Notes under the pieces: model-generated | Seen by the model: only the letters and a program-made list of their open reading frames with translations | What the model was told of the DNA's origin: nothing | The model's database searches: none | Translations under genes and position numbers: made by a program | Assembly (NCBI GenBank): GCA_016748015.1 | Contig: JAAOMT010000395.1 | Location: forward strand, 1 to 9,265 | DNA from: Geosiphon pyriformis uo1 | Lineage: Eukaryota; Fungi; Glomeromycota | Direction of reading: 5' to 3' | Length of the DNA stretch: 9,265 nt | Shown here: positions 7,890 to 9,265 of the stretch, in pieces | How positions within the stretch are numbered: position 1 is the first letter of the stretch | How the letters are laid out: the number at the start of each line of letters is the position of its first letter

Positions 7890-9000
7890 ATCAAGTCGAT
7901 TATCCACAAAGCCATGTAAAAAGTACTACTCATTCCCCACCAAACAAACTACTTACTCATGACACCTCACAAGTCGGAGTCTGTACCCCAAAAGGGAGGG
8001 GGTATCAGGAGGCCATTTGTAGGGCAAAGATTGTAAGTAACAGGCTACAACCATATATCAACCCTAATAGGAGGATAGACCAAAATCCGGCTCGCCTGCT
8101 GCTATCCCCCATAAGACCCTCCCAATCAAACCAATTAAACAAATGGTGGGCCACTCATGTTATGCGCCTGTGCTCAAAATCACGTATATATAGCCTTGTA
8201 CACCCTTTACCATGTATATTGGTAAGACTGGGGATATCTGAGGGGGTGGGTACTATGTCTTCCTTATGTACCAAAGATCTATCCCTCATGGGTATCCTGC
8301 CCCTATGTACCTTGTACCCAGGAGTACTCCATTTGTAGGGGATAAAAGGGGGTCGTGCCCAAAGGGGCTACAACCGAGTATCCTTAAAGGATTCGTATCT
8401 TCCATGTACCTCTAGAGTAACCTAGGAGGAGTAGGGCCATCCCCCCAGGGGGTGGGCAAAAGGAAAAAGGGTGTATGGTATACAAGGGGGGGGTCTATGG
8501 GTTACTCAAGCAAGGTAAAGCTCCAAAGCAACTAAAAATCAGACAATAGGGCCATACATCCATCCCGCTACTAAGGTAATAGTAGCTATGGTCCGCAGGG
8601 AGTAGGTTGTCTTATTTAGAAGAAAGTAATCAAGCAGCCGTATATGTACTCCTATTATTATATGACAAGTACCCAAAACAAATACTCACCATTAGGGACC
8701 ATGGTAAAGCCGGTACTAGAAGTAGAGATCCACAGCCCTCTGCGAGGTAAATCAAAGCTTGTACAGAGGGATCCTAAGGAGTATTTATGTAGGGTCTACA
8801 CAAGTCAACAGGCATATGAGGATGCTACAACCTATATTCAATCCCTAACTATTCCAACGATACCTTTATGTAACCTGTAGCTCTACTTGTTGTATTCTTG
8901 TGTACAGGGGATACTATTTCGGGACCTACAGCCATTAACCATCCTAGATGAGGGCTACCCAATATTAACCCCTCACAAATTAGAGTACCAAATAAAGGAT
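7890..9000 (+). pseudogene. cob: Cytochrome b-derived sequence, frameshifted/cryptic (complete copy spanning the unit junction)
   Basis: Collinear motifs, copy-1 coordinates (add 8044): aat ggt 98 (NG of HANGAS); cac gta tat ata gcc ttg tac 137 (HVYIALY ~ HIGRGLY); VGTMSSLCTKDLSLMG-ILP 202-258 (~IGIILLLATMATAFMGYVLP); cca ttt gta ggg 285 (PFVG ~ PYIG); ttc cat 356 (FH); cat cca 513 (HP of FHPY); aag ccg 663, ctg cga, aag ctt 711 (~KPEWY...LR...KL). The N85 to K269 span is 565 nt versus 552 expected. The 5' end is a guess. Confidence 0.75.
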
Positions 9001-9265
9001 TTGGGGAACCTCTTGACAATTGGAGTTTGTGTATGAGGCCAATAGGATCCACTCATACAAAGGGTTTTGTTCACAATACCTAAGTTGAGGGGTGGGGGGC
9101 TACCATCCAACTCCATTACGATCCCATCATAACCTCTCCCCGATCCCAACTGGTTAAAATGCTCATACTGTAGACAATGTCCAAACAGGAACATCAATTG
9201 TTACCACAATACCCATAAAGTGGAGTTCATGTGTGTGTGTTGGTGGTGTGTGGTGTGGGGGGGGG
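8045..9265. repeat. Direct terminal repeat, copy 2 (circular overlap or start of next tandem unit)
   Basis: Matches 1..1221 and ends inside the G15 run (1213..1227 in copy 1), a typical assembly break point. Confidence 0.97.

Noticed and set aside
1-8044. ~8-kb circular virus or plasmid (papillomavirus, CRESS, inovirus) or a genome with reassigned stops
   Set aside because: No Rep, E1 or capsid motifs were seen. The recognisable motifs are mitochondrial and change frame, which stop reassignment cannot explain.
7856-8338. 160-aa ORF and other short + ORFs as standalone genes
   Set aside because: They are chance open stretches. Some contain in-frame fragments of cob (7856, 600), cox1 (6161), cox2 (6805, 6822) or nad5 (4755).
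1-9265. LTR retrotransposon or provirus with 1.2-kb LTRs
   Set aside because: The repeats lack TG...CA ends, I see no gag/pol remnants, and the repeat cuts through the cob remnant.

Overview
The window is one 8,044-bp unit plus a 1,221-bp direct terminal overlap (1..1221 = 8045..9265), i.e. a circular or tandemly repeated molecule. It has no real ORF, but manual motif threading on the + strand reveals a collinear, animal-type mitochondrial genome in which every gene is broken by frameshifts, stops, deletions and substitutions. The order is cob - (nad4L?) - G/T tract - nad1 - (tRNA-like) - rrnL - rrnS - nad4 - nad5 - cox1 - cox2 - cox3 - (nad3) - cob. I could not find atp6, atp8, nad2, nad6 or a tRNA set. 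The sense strand is T-poor for membrane-protein genes, carries many G homopolymers, and is strongly enriched in short palindromes. It may be (a) a cryptic mitogenome needing massive RNA editing, (b) a dead but still propagated mtDNA or tandem NUMT, or (c) an artefactual or synthetic sequence; the sequence alone cannot decide. All gene calls are by-eye alignments to remembered consensus motifs, and gene boundaries are approximate (about +/-50-100 nt).
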